A model generated the notes under the pieces. That model had not been told where the DNA came from. It made no database searches and saw only the letters and a list, made by a program, of their open reading frames with translations. Below, one piece after another: positions 39,447 through 48,122 of a stretch of DNA of 64,000 bases. Position 1 is the stretch's first letter, and each line of letters opens with the position of its first letter. Both the position numbers and the translations under genes were made by a program. This DNA comes from Negativicutes bacterium (GTDB taxonomy: Bacteria; Bacillota; Negativicutes; UBA1444). The stretch covers positions 146,028 through 210,027 of the forward strand of contig CAXXIN010000014.1 of the NCBI GenBank assembly GCA_963665275.2, given 5' to 3'.

Positions 39447-39851
39447 ATGGCCAAAACAATTCTGGTTGTAGAAGATAATGAAATGAATCGACTATTAATG
39501 GTCGAAGTATTGAGACATTACGGGTATGAGGTTCTGGAAGCCAGCAATGGCGCCCAGGCTTTGCTATTGACCCGTGAGCAGCCAATCGACCTGATCATAA
39601 TGGACATGCAAATGCCGATTATGAATGGGTATGAAACGATCAAAGTTCTTCGGTCCGATGCAAGAACCGCCGGGATCAAGATTATTGCGGTCACCTCCTT
39701 TGCACTCGACGAGGAAAAGAACCGCATCCTCGCGACGGGTATCGATGTATTTGTGCCTAAACCGATTGATACCCGTACATTCTCCAAACTGGTAAAACAA
39801 ATTCTTGATCAGAGCAATAACGCGCCGTTTAAAGGCGGGAGGGAACAATGA
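39447..39851 (+). CDS. Single-domain response regulator (DivK/CheY-like)
   Basis: VVEDN, IMDMQMP, AVTS, KPID. Confidence 0.92.
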   Translation: MAKTILVVEDNEMNRLLMVEVLRHYGYEVLEASNGAQALLLTREQPIDLIIMDMQMPIMNGYETIKVLRSDARTAGIKIIAVTSFALDEEKNRILATGIDVFVPKPIDTRTFSKLVKQILDQSNNAPFKGGREQ

Positions 39852-41452
39852 AACGTCAGGTCACAGTCATGGTAGTGGATGATAACCCATTAAACCTCAG
39901 CTTAATGGAAGCAATGCTCACGCCAGAAGGTTACTTTGTGATTATGCACGAGTCAGGGGAAGCTTGCCTGGCGGCCGTTCGGCAAAAGGCGCCAGATGTT
40001 ATCCTGCTTGATGCCATGATGCCTAATCTGGATGGGTTTCAAGTTCTCAGGCAATTGAAAGCGGATGAAGCAACCCGGATGATTCCCGTGGTCATGGTGA
40101 CGTCGCTCTCAGGCATGAAAGACCGGGTTGAAGCTTTGGATGCGGGTGCAGACGACTTCCTGACCAAACCGGTGACGCGCATAGAGCTGCTGGCCAGAGT
40201 GCGGTCGCTTCTCAAAATAAAATCATACAATGATCAACTTATCGAAAGTGAGCAACGTTATCGTGAGTTGGTGCATGATGCCAATGTCATCATCTTCGTT
40301 ACAGACAGCCAAGGCAAGATCACATTTATGAATGAATACGGCCTGTCGTTTTTTGGCTATGCTGCAGAGGAAGTGATTGGCAAGACGGAAATCGATACCA
40401 TCTTGCCTGAGTATGAATCAACGGGGCGGAATCTGAAAAAAAACGCTGAGGAGGTCAAAACCAATATTGCGCTGTATCAGCGATACAGGCATGAAAACAT
40501 CACCAAGGCCCACCGGCGGGTTTGGGTGGACTGGACGAACCGATGCGTGATGGATAAAGAAACTGGCAAAATGGGACTGTTATGCGTGGGCGCCGATGTT
40601 ACCGCCGCTAAATGGGCGGAGCAGGAAAAGCTGCGGCAACATGCCCGGTATAAGAGACGGGACATTTTGAATGATGGGATGAATCGGCGAATTTCTCAAA
40701 CCGAGTTGCTCGATCAACTCAGACAGTTGGGGTTGGCAGTCGAGGCGCCTTTTGTTGTGACTGTGCTGAAGATTCCTGCGCAATATACTCCAGAGGCCGC
40801 CGGCGACGCCGAAGGGATGGAGCGACAGCATCATATCGATCGGCTGATTGATTTTCTGCATGACTCAGATGTCGGCGTTGTCTGGCAAACGCCTGCAGGT
40901 ATCGCTGTTGCCCAGTCTTTTCCTATTTCCCGCAACTGCGCTGCATCTATCGATGGTTCGAAGGCGGCGGCCGCCGAGCTGATAAAAACAGTATCGCGCT
41001 ATTGGCTGGGCGAGGAGATCAGCGCCGGAGTTGCCCATTCCACGGATGAACCCCAAGATTTGGCGGAGCTGTTTGAAGAGGCACGTGCGGCATTGCAGTA
41101 TGCGTCGATACTGGAGGCAGACAAGACTGTGCATCATTGGAACGATCTGGGATGTCTTCAGTTTGTCGTCAAAGATCTCAGATCTTCGCAGGTACGACGA
41201 TTTATCCAGGAACATTTGGGACCGGTGCTCAACAAAAAAAATGCGGGGAATTCCGCAGAAACACTGGCCACACTGAATGCGATTGTATCGGGTGACTCGC
41301 TCCAGGTGATTGCAGATCGACTTTACGTGCATAAACAGACCATTGTATTTCGCAAAAGAAAGCTCGAGGAAACCTTGGGTGTGGATCTGGATGTGCTCGA
41401 AACACGGATGAATCTGGCAGTTGCGATGAAGCTTTTAACCTTGTTGTCTTAG
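39848..41452 (+). CDS. REC-PAS-(degenerate GGDEF-like)-PucR/CdaR HTH transcriptional regulator
   Basis: Receiver, PAS, SAGV...L..LFEEA..AL, HHWNDLG, C-terminal IADRLYVHKQTIVFRKRKLEETLGVDL. Confidence 0.88.
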   Translation: MKRQVTVMVVDDNPLNLSLMEAMLTPEGYFVIMHESGEACLAAVRQKAPDVILLDAMMPNLDGFQVLRQLKADEATRMIPVVMVTSLSGMKDRVEALDAGADDFLTKPVTRIELLARVRSLLKIKSYNDQLIESEQRYRELVHDANVIIFVTDSQGKITFMNEYGLSFFGYAAEEVIGKTEIDTILPEYESTGRNLKKNAEEVKTNIALYQRYRHENITKAHRRVWVDWTNRCVMDKETGKMGLLCVGADVTAAKWAEQEKLRQHARYKRRDILNDGMNRRISQTELLDQLRQLGLAVEAPFVVTVLKIPAQYTPEAAGDAEGMERQHHIDRLIDFLHDSDVGVVWQTPAGIAVAQSFPISRNCAASIDGSKAAAAELIKTVSRYWLGEEISAGVAHSTDEPQDLAELFEEARAALQYASILEADKTVHHWNDLGCLQFVVKDLRSSQVRRFIQEHLGPVLNKKNAGNSAETLATLNAIVSGDSLQVIADRLYVHKQTIVFRKRKLEETLGVDLDVLETRMNLAVAMKLLTLLS

Positions 41453-41478
41453 AATCAGATTGATCATTTTCATCAATT

Positions 41479-41536
41479 AGGAAGCAGGCAAGAGGGGGCT
41501 TATGCTATGGCATAAGCCCCCTCTTGCCTGCTTCCT
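41479..41536 (+). terminator. Long perfect hairpin after the regulator gene
   Basis: 27-bp perfect arms, 4-nt loop. Confidence 0.8.
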
Positions 41537-41572
41537 TTGAGGATTGAACGGGAATATGACAGCGGCAAAATT

Positions 41573-41660
41573 TTGTAACAACGTAATAAATCAGCCCAGA
41601 TTTATTGCCTAAATTTCATTTCGTCGTTCTAATGTACTCCGTGTGACTTTAGCGTAATCT
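41573..41660 (+). promoter_or_regulatory. Conserved bipartite promoter, copy 2
   Basis: TTGTAAC-AAC-GTAATAA (41573-89); GTTCTAA ending 41632; -35 ATGTAC; -10 TAATCT (41655-60). Confidence 0.75.
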
Positions 41661-41779
41661 ATAACTATAGAAAGACTCGTGTCTGAATAACGCTGCGGAT
41701 TAACTGAACGGTTTGGCGGAGCACCGGAGAAGTTTACGGGTTGAAGCTATTTGTTTAAAAATGGAGGGAGTGCATTCTG

Positions 41780-42346
41780 ATGAAAATGAAATCGATCGTC
41801 AAAACTTTTGCCGTCCTATTGGTGTTTGTGTTCAGCATTTCGGTGGCCAGTGCCGCCAGCTTGACCGAGCAACGTCAACACATCCGGGATATTTCACGTA
41901 CAACGCTATTGAAGCTCTACGACTTGCAGCCAGCTGCGCGAGGCTACGTTGAAAATGCCGCCGGGTATGGCGTGTTCGGAAATTGGGGCGTGAAGCTCCT
42001 GTTCATCGGTGGCGGAACCGGCAAGGGAATGGCTGTGAACAATAGCAACAATCATGAAACCTTCATGGATATGGTTGCCGGCACAGTCGGGTTTGGACTC
42101 GGTGCAAAAACTTACAACGTCGTATTCATCTTTGAAACCGAACAGGCATTGGAAGACTTTACGAACAATGGCTGGCAGTTTGGCGGGCAAGTTTCGGCGG
42201 TGGCTACAGATAGCGTGGCGGGCGGCGGCTATCAGGGAGCTTTCTCCGTATCGCCTGGCGTGTGGATGTATGAAATGACTGACACGGGGCTAGCGTTGGA
42301 AGTTACGCTCAAAGGCACCAAATTTTCGAAGAATGACTTGAACTGA
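41780..42346 (+). CDS. Exported YSC84/SYLF-like lipid-binding protein
   Basis: Signal peptide, AAGYGVF, GGGTGKG, GFGLGAK, GWQFGG, GLALE.TLKGTK. Confidence 0.8.
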   Translation: MKMKSIVKTFAVLLVFVFSISVASAASLTEQRQHIRDISRTTLLKLYDLQPAARGYVENAAGYGVFGNWGVKLLFIGGGTGKGMAVNNSNNHETFMDMVAGTVGFGLGAKTYNVVFIFETEQALEDFTNNGWQFGGQVSAVATDSVAGGGYQGAFSVSPGVWMYEMTDTGLALEVTLKGTKFSKNDLN

Positions 42347-42410
42347 ACAAAGATAAGGTGCTCGTCAGATTGCCAAATAAAATCCCCAATAAAGTAAGGA
42401 GTGAGGTTAG

Positions 42411-42734
42411 ATGTCTAAATGGGTTATTCGATTGGGTGTTTGCCTATTGATGATGGCTTTGCAGGAGGGGTTGTGTTTCACGGCGTCGGCGGCGCCGATA
42501 TATGATGATCGCCAACAGACGGTACAACCGGCATTGACGGTGCAGGAACAGGAATTGCTTGAACGAAAACAGCAGGAGATCCGTCGACATGAACAAGCGA
42601 TGCTGCAGCGAGGCGATGAGAGTGTATCAGACTGGGAGTGGCGACAATATCAGGAACGTGAACAACATATCCTGAATATGCAGCAAATTCAAGATGATGG
42701 AATGAAGGTTGTCGGTACGCCTGTTAACTGGTGA
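42411..42734 (+). CDS. Exported hypothetical Gln/Glu-rich helical protein
   Basis: RBS AGGAGTGAGG, signal peptide ending ASA, RRHEQAMLQR..ES..DWEWRQ. Confidence 0.7.
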   Translation: MSKWVIRLGVCLLMMALQEGLCFTASAAPIYDDRQQTVQPALTVQEQELLERKQQEIRRHEQAMLQRGDESVSDWEWRQYQEREQHILNMQQIQDDGMKVVGTPVNW

Positions 42735-42773
42735 ATTACAGGAGGCTGTAAACGATGAAAGGAGTTGCATTAG

Positions 42774-42893
42774 ATGATACTCAAGCAGATGACTGCTGTC
42801 ATATTCGTCCTGGTGTTGACTTCACTGCTTCCTTTCTTCAGACCCTTCTATGAACCGGTTAAAATCATATATCGCTACATCTATCCGTTTTAG
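42774..42893 (+). CDS. Candidate 39-aa membrane peptide
   Basis: AAAGGAG RBS; MILKQMTAVIFVLVLTSLLPFFRPFYEPVKIIYRYIYPF. Overlaps an alternative 32-aa ORF (42755-42853). Confidence 0.35.
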   Translation: MILKQMTAVIFVLVLTSLLPFFRPFYEPVKIIYRYIYPF

Positions 42894-42993
42894 ACAAGAG
42901 GATGCAGCCCTCGACAAAAGTATGACAATAGCCAGTTTCGTAGGATTTGAAGCTGGGGATCAAAAAATAAAATATGAAATGAGGGAAAACAGT

Positions 42994-44415
42994 ATGCGAA
43001 ATAAGGTTTTGTCCATGATGATGACGTTTATCTTTCTGGCAGCGATGGGATCTTCCGCACTAGCGGCCACAATATATCAGAATAGGCCGACGGGATCCGA
43101 TCCGGCTGCTTCCGCCAGCTACTATATTTGGCAGGACGGCGATCGCTGGCATGTACAGACAGTCAATACCGGAGCGCGCCATTTGTTTACAGGAACGGTT
43201 GAGACGGACGGAGCGTTTTCCGATGTGTCAGCCATGGCATCGGAGAATTCCGAACGAATTGCGATGAAAGTGCGTAACCAGAAAATAGAATTCAGCTTCA
43301 ATTCTCTGGCGAGAACCGATGGGTTTTCTTTCACCGTTTCAGGCAGTCAGAACGCGACGTTCACACTCTACATCGATGACCGGCCCGTCGATCCGGCCAA
43401 TATCTATCTCGGTCGACAGAATCGGCATCCAAACAGTTATTCCTTTCCTCTCAACAATTCAACCAATTATTCCTATAATAATGATCCCGTCAACCTGTTG
43501 CGCTTCCAAGGGCAGCCGACGGCCCTGAATACGGGTAATATTCTCGGCTACTTCATTTGGCAGGAAGGTGACCGTTGGTTTCTGAAAACGACGACCCAAG
43601 GAGCACAGCGCCAATTCGCTGGGACTATCAGAACGGGCGGTACTTTTGTCAATGTGACCCGGAACAGCCTGGAGGACAATGATATCGTCAAACTCAACGA
43701 AGCTAGCAACGAGATTGGCTTTACCCTGAGGACGGAAAACGATCAGGATGGGATATCTTTTCAACTAAACAACACAATGGATGCAACTTTCATGCTTTTC
43801 CTCGACGGCCAGGCCATCAATCCGTTGAATGTTTATCTGGGATCACAAAATCTCCATCCAAGTGTTAATCCTTTCAGCATGAATACTCGCGACGACCAAT
43901 ACAATCAATACAACATGAACGATAGCCAGGTTCTTCCCTCTGCTTCGTATGACCAGACATTTCCAGAACCGACGACCTATCAGACGATTGTCTCTTCCTA
44001 TGCGCAGGGACAACCTGATGAACTAAACCCCGGTGAAGTGTTTGGCTACTTTATCTGGCAGGATGATCAAAACCGTTGGACGTTGCAAACTACGACAAAA
44101 GGTGCGCAGCGGAACTTTACCGGTACGATTGAAACGGGCGGGACGTTTTCCGATGTGAGGATACTGCAGTCAATGCGGCCGTCGGGAACCTGGGTGGACA
44201 CAACCGTAAGCAACCGAATCAACTTTTCTTTCAAGCCCGGTGATTCTGATCAAACCGACAAGATGGGCGGGTTATCGTTCCTGGTGACCGATGGATCGGA
44301 CATCCGATTCAAGCTGTCTGTCGATGGCAGGCCTATCGATCCGACTAAAATATATCTCGGCAAAGCAGGCTATCACCCGACAAACAGCGCAGTGAAAATT
44401 TACTCCAGCAATTAA
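42994..44415 (+). CDS. Exported protein with three tandem ~125-aa beta-rich repeats
   Basis: Signal peptide; three copies of Y.IWQ..RW..T..GA..F.GT..T.G.F..V ... F.L..D..P..IYLG..HP. Confidence 0.75.
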   Translation: MRNKVLSMMMTFIFLAAMGSSALAATIYQNRPTGSDPAASASYYIWQDGDRWHVQTVNTGARHLFTGTVETDGAFSDVSAMASENSERIAMKVRNQKIEFSFNSLARTDGFSFTVSGSQNATFTLYIDDRPVDPANIYLGRQNRHPNSYSFPLNNSTNYSYNNDPVNLLRFQGQPTALNTGNILGYFIWQEGDRWFLKTTTQGAQRQFAGTIRTGGTFVNVTRNSLEDNDIVKLNEASNEIGFTLRTENDQDGISFQLNNTMDATFMLFLDGQAINPLNVYLGSQNLHPSVNPFSMNTRDDQYNQYNMNDSQVLPSASYDQTFPEPTTYQTIVSSYAQGQPDELNPGEVFGYFIWQDDQNRWTLQTTTKGAQRNFTGTIETGGTFSDVRILQSMRPSGTWVDTTVSNRINFSFKPGDSDQTDKMGGLSFLVTDGSDIRFKLSVDGRPIDPTKIYLGKAGYHPTNSAVKIYSSN

Positions 44416-44465
44416 TGTGAAGACAGTCTTAGCAGGCGAATAATGAATCAAAGAAGGTGATAATT

Positions 44466-44615
44466 ATGTTAGAAACGATTGTTGTTATTCTCGTGGTGCT
44501 GTGGCTTCTTGGCATGGTTAGCGCTTACACGATGGGCGGATTGATCCACCTACTGCTCGTAATTGCGATAGTTGTAGTTCTGTTGCGAGTAATCAGAGGC
44601 AGACGGGTACTGTAG
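44466..44615 (+). CDS. lmo0937-family (DUF5670) small membrane protein
   Basis: Below the ORF-track cut-off: MLETIVVILVVLWLLGMVSAYTMGGLIHLLLVIAIVVVLLRVIRGRRVL; RBS AAGGTG. Confidence 0.88.
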   Translation: MLETIVVILVVLWLLGMVSAYTMGGLIHLLLVIAIVVVLLRVIRGRRVL

Positions 44616-44696
44616 TCGACGTTCGATATAGGTACAGGCTCACCTGGGCGCAGGTGAGCCTGGGGTGAAAATGAATTTTGGTTGGAGATGTATAAA

Positions 44697-45080
44697 ATGG
44701 AAGAAATGATCAAACAAAGGGAAACTCTCAATACGAGTCAACAAGGGGACACTGTTCAACGCATTGTTGGTATCGTCTTTGGCGCGATCGAAATTACTCT
44801 GGCATTTCGATTGGTGTTTAAACTATTGGGGGCAAACCCGGAAAATGGATTTGTCCAGGGAATCTATGCTTTTACGCATTATTTCGTGGTAGCATTTGTC
44901 GGTATTTTTTCACGCAGCACCACACAGGGGTCACAGACCCTGGCGGTCTTTGAACCGGCAACCGTAATCGCGATGGTGGTCGTCGCCTTGATTGCCTGGG
45001 CTGTACTTAAGATGAGCAAACCACATACCGGCAACCATGTTGAAAGAACTGAATACACAAACATGCCCAGTAGCAAATAA
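44697..45080 (+). CDS. YggT-like membrane protein
   Basis: FGAIE..LAFR..FKLLGANP.NGFV..IY, FEPATVIAMVV. Confidence 0.7.
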   Translation: MEEMIKQRETLNTSQQGDTVQRIVGIVFGAIEITLAFRLVFKLLGANPENGFVQGIYAFTHYFVVAFVGIFSRSTTQGSQTLAVFEPATVIAMVVVALIAWAVLKMSKPHTGNHVERTEYTNMPSSK

Positions 45081-45112
45081 AGAACAAGAGCCTCAGCGAG
45101 GCGGGAGGAAAC

Positions 45113-45913
45113 ATGAAACAGCAAACCACAATCATGGTGGTAGATGACAATTCGTTAAACCTCAGCCTAATGGAGGCCATGCTTACGTCCGCAGGATACG
45201 GAGTGACCCTGTGCGAGTCAGGGGACGCTTGTCTGGAAGCGGTCCGGGAAAATGCGCCTGATATTATTTTGGTTGATGCGATGTTGCCAGACTTAAAGGG
45301 GTTTCAAGTCCTCCGGCAGCTGAAGGCGAATGAAACAACACTGATGATTCCCGTGATTATGGTGACTTCCCAGTTGGACCTGAATGACCGGATTGAAGCG
45401 ATAAACGCTGGAGCGGACGATTTCCTGACCAAACCGATAACTCGAATTGAACTTCTGGCTCGAGTACGAGCAATACTTAAAGTCAAAGCGTGCAATGATC
45501 AAGTCATCGAAAGCGAGCAACGCTACCGTGAACTGGTACAGAGCGCCAACGTCATCATCTTCGCTACAGACAGCGAAGGCAAGATCAGCTTCATGAATGA
45601 ATATGGACTGGATTTTTTCGGCTACGAACCCGGAGAAATTATTGGCAAGACGGAGCTTGAAACCATCCTGCCTGAGTATGAATCAACGGGGCGGAATTTA
45701 AACATAAATGCCGAAGCGGTCAAAAATAATATTAATCTGTATCAACGATACAATCATGAAAATATCACCAAGTCGGGCCGAAGGGTATGGGTGGATTGGA
45801 CAAACCGCTGTGTCGCCGATAAGAACACCGGGAAAATGGGTCTGCTATCCGTTGGGGTCGATTTTACCGCTGCAAGAGGAATGCAACAAAAAAGTGAAGT
45901 AAAGGATGCGTGA
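45113..45913 (+). CDS. REC-PAS protein; paralog of the 39848 regulator lacking the DNA-binding half
   Basis: Colinear with the first ~255 aa of 39848..41452; own RBS GGGAGG; phosphoacceptor Asp retained (ILVD). Confidence 0.88.
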   Translation: MKQQTTIMVVDDNSLNLSLMEAMLTSAGYGVTLCESGDACLEAVRENAPDIILVDAMLPDLKGFQVLRQLKANETTLMIPVIMVTSQLDLNDRIEAINAGADDFLTKPITRIELLARVRAILKVKACNDQVIESEQRYRELVQSANVIIFATDSEGKISFMNEYGLDFFGYEPGEIIGKTELETILPEYESTGRNLNINAEAVKNNINLYQRYNHENITKSGRRVWVDWTNRCVADKNTGKMGLLSVGVDFTAARGMQQKSEVKDA

Positions 45914-46209
45914 AGTGTACTGTGGAAAAGCGAAACGAATTCATCAAAAAATTTGAAGAAAATCTCAATGATTATAATGCAAAAGTAGCTGAACTAAAAG
46001 CCAGAGCTGTCGAAGATAAAGCCGAGTTGAAGGCGGAATATCTTTCCCAGATCGAAAAAATAGATCATAAACGAGATGAGTTTGTAATGAAGTTCGGGAA
46101 ACTCAAAAATGCCAACGGACAAGCATGGACAGATCTTCAAGGCGGAACTGAAAAAGCTTGGCATGAGCTTGAACATTCTTATGAAATGGCAGCTTCCCGT
46201 TTCAAATAG
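45910..46209 (+). CDS. Small coiled-coil stress-type protein (sll1863-like)
   Basis: R.EFI.K.E..L.......ELKA.A...LK.A...AW.DL..G.EKAW.EL...A.SRFK. Confidence 0.7.
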   Translation: MKCTVEKRNEFIKKFEENLNDYNAKVAELKARAVEDKAELKAEYLSQIEKIDHKRDEFVMKFGKLKNANGQAWTDLQGGTEKAWHELEHSYEMAASRFK

Positions 46210-46291
46210 GATCAGTTCTTTTGCGACAGTCCGATGAACCGGAGAGGCAATCCTTGCCGGCGCATCGGACTTATTTTTTTAAAGGAGGCCT

Positions 46292-47395
46292 GTGAGGATG
46301 CAAAAGATCATGCTGCAAGTTATCCAAAAAAAATGGTGGCTGCTTGGAGCGGCTGTTTTGATTGCTGCGGCCATTTATGGATATCAGACATATCAGACCG
46401 CCAACACGCCTGCACCCACAGGGCGGCCATACAAAGTGGAACGCGGCGACGTAGTTGCAGTCGTATCGGCGACAGGAACCCTATCGCCAGTCAATAGTGT
46501 TGATGTCAGCTCACGCATCACAGGCCGGATTACCGAGGTGCGCGTCAATGAAAATGATATGGTCAAGGCGGCCCAAATTATCATTGTGCTGGATGACCGG
46601 CAATTGAAGGCACAAGTAGCCCAGGCTGGGGCCAAGCTGGAAAACGCACTGGTCACCTACCAGCGATCACAACGACTGGCAGATGTTGGTGCGATTGCGT
46701 TGCAGCAGCTGGATGCTGACCGGACCAACTATTCAGTGACTAAAGCCGCTTATGATGATATTGCGTCCAGCCTCGATGATACGATCATCCGTGCGCCGAT
46801 CGATGGAATGGTCATCGGCAAACCGATTCCCGCCGGTCAGACCGTGGCTCCCGGTATCTCTAATCCAATGGTTCTGTTGACGGTGGCCGATATGGCTCAG
46901 ATGCAGATCCAGGCGCTTGTTGACGAATCGGATATCGGTCAAATCAAGCTGGGGCAAAAAGTTAGATTTACTGTGGACTCCTACCCCTCCAAAATTTTCA
47001 GCGGCAGTGTGCAAGTCATCTCCAACAAGGCTAACATCACGCAAAACGTGGTGTATTATACCGTTTATATTGATGTAGAATCGCCAGAGGGTCTACTCAA
47101 ACCTACAATGACGGCACGGGTATCCTTCAACGTCGGAGAACGCAATAATGTCTTGGTGATTCCTCTTCTGGCAGTCAAAGACAACAAGGGACAACGGGTA
47201 GTCCAGTTGGTGGGGGCGGATGGAAAGCCCCAATCGAAGAACATCACCACCGGATTGGCCAGTGAGGATCAGATCGAAGTTGTGAGCGGATTGGCAGATG
47301 GTGATGTGCTGATGTTGCCGCAGACCAAAGGAACGACAGGAACCGGCGCTGCGGCAGGCGGCATGAATATTTTCCGGCAGACACCGGGCCGATAG
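46292..47395 (+). CDS. Efflux membrane fusion protein (MacA/YknX-like)
   Basis: TM anchor, SATGTL.P...V.V.S, IRAPIDG, VDESDIG. Confidence 0.9.
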   Translation: MRMQKIMLQVIQKKWWLLGAAVLIAAAIYGYQTYQTANTPAPTGRPYKVERGDVVAVVSATGTLSPVNSVDVSSRITGRITEVRVNENDMVKAAQIIIVLDDRQLKAQVAQAGAKLENALVTYQRSQRLADVGAIALQQLDADRTNYSVTKAAYDDIASSLDDTIIRAPIDGMVIGKPIPAGQTVAPGISNPMVLLTVADMAQMQIQALVDESDIGQIKLGQKVRFTVDSYPSKIFSGSVQVISNKANITQNVVYYTVYIDVESPEGLLKPTMTARVSFNVGERNNVLVIPLLAVKDNKGQRVVQLVGADGKPQSKNITTGLASEDQIEVVSGLADGDVLMLPQTKGTTGTGAAAGGMNIFRQTPGR

Positions 47396-47408
47396 GAGTG
47401 ATGGCGTA

Positions 47409-48122
47409 ATGCAGGATACTATTGTTTTGAAGGACATTGTAAAAACTTACCTGATGGGAGATACTACGGTTCGGGCTCTTGCCGGAATAGATTTGACGAT
47501 TGGAGCTGGCGAATTTACCGCTATCATGGGGCCTTCCGGTTCCGGTAAGTCGACATTGATGAATATTCTCGGCTGTCTGGACCGACCGACCAGCGGATCC
47601 TATCAACTGGACGGCAGAGAAGTGGCGCAGCTGGGTGATGATGAACTCGCCGTGACCCGCAACAAGAAAATCGGTTTCGTATTTCAGAACTTCAACCTGC
47701 TGGCCCGGATGTCTTCACTGCAGAATGTGGCGCTGCCGATGACCTATGCGGGGGTAAACAAGCAACAGCGACTGGAAAGCGCCAGCAATGCATTGGAACA
47801 AGTGGGTTTGAAAGACCGAATGAACCATCTCCCGACTGAATTGTCCGGTGGTCAGCGCCAACGGGTGGCGATCGCACGGGCGCTGGTCAATAAACCGGCG
47901 ATTTTGCTGGCGGACGAACCGACAGGCAACCTTGACACCAAAGCCGGCGACGAAATTATGGCCATTTTTTGCGATCTCAACAAGCAGGGACGAACGGTTG
48001 TCATCGTGACTCATGAACCGGATATTGCCGAATATACCCGGAGGGTCATCCGTTTCCGCGACGGCCTCATGGTCAGCGATGAGAGGAGGGAAAGCAAATG
48101 TTTTGGGAAAGTGTCTCCATAG
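47409..48122 (+). CDS. ABC transporter ATP-binding protein (MacB/YknY-like)
   Basis: GPSGSGKST, LSGGQRQR, LADEPTGNLD. Confidence 0.95.
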   Translation: MQDTIVLKDIVKTYLMGDTTVRALAGIDLTIGAGEFTAIMGPSGSGKSTLMNILGCLDRPTSGSYQLDGREVAQLGDDELAVTRNKKIGFVFQNFNLLARMSSLQNVALPMTYAGVNKQQRLESASNALEQVGLKDRMNHLPTELSGGQRQRVAIARALVNKPAILLADEPTGNLDTKAGDEIMAIFCDLNKQGRTVVIVTHEPDIAEYTRRVIRFRDGLMVSDERRESKCFGKVSP

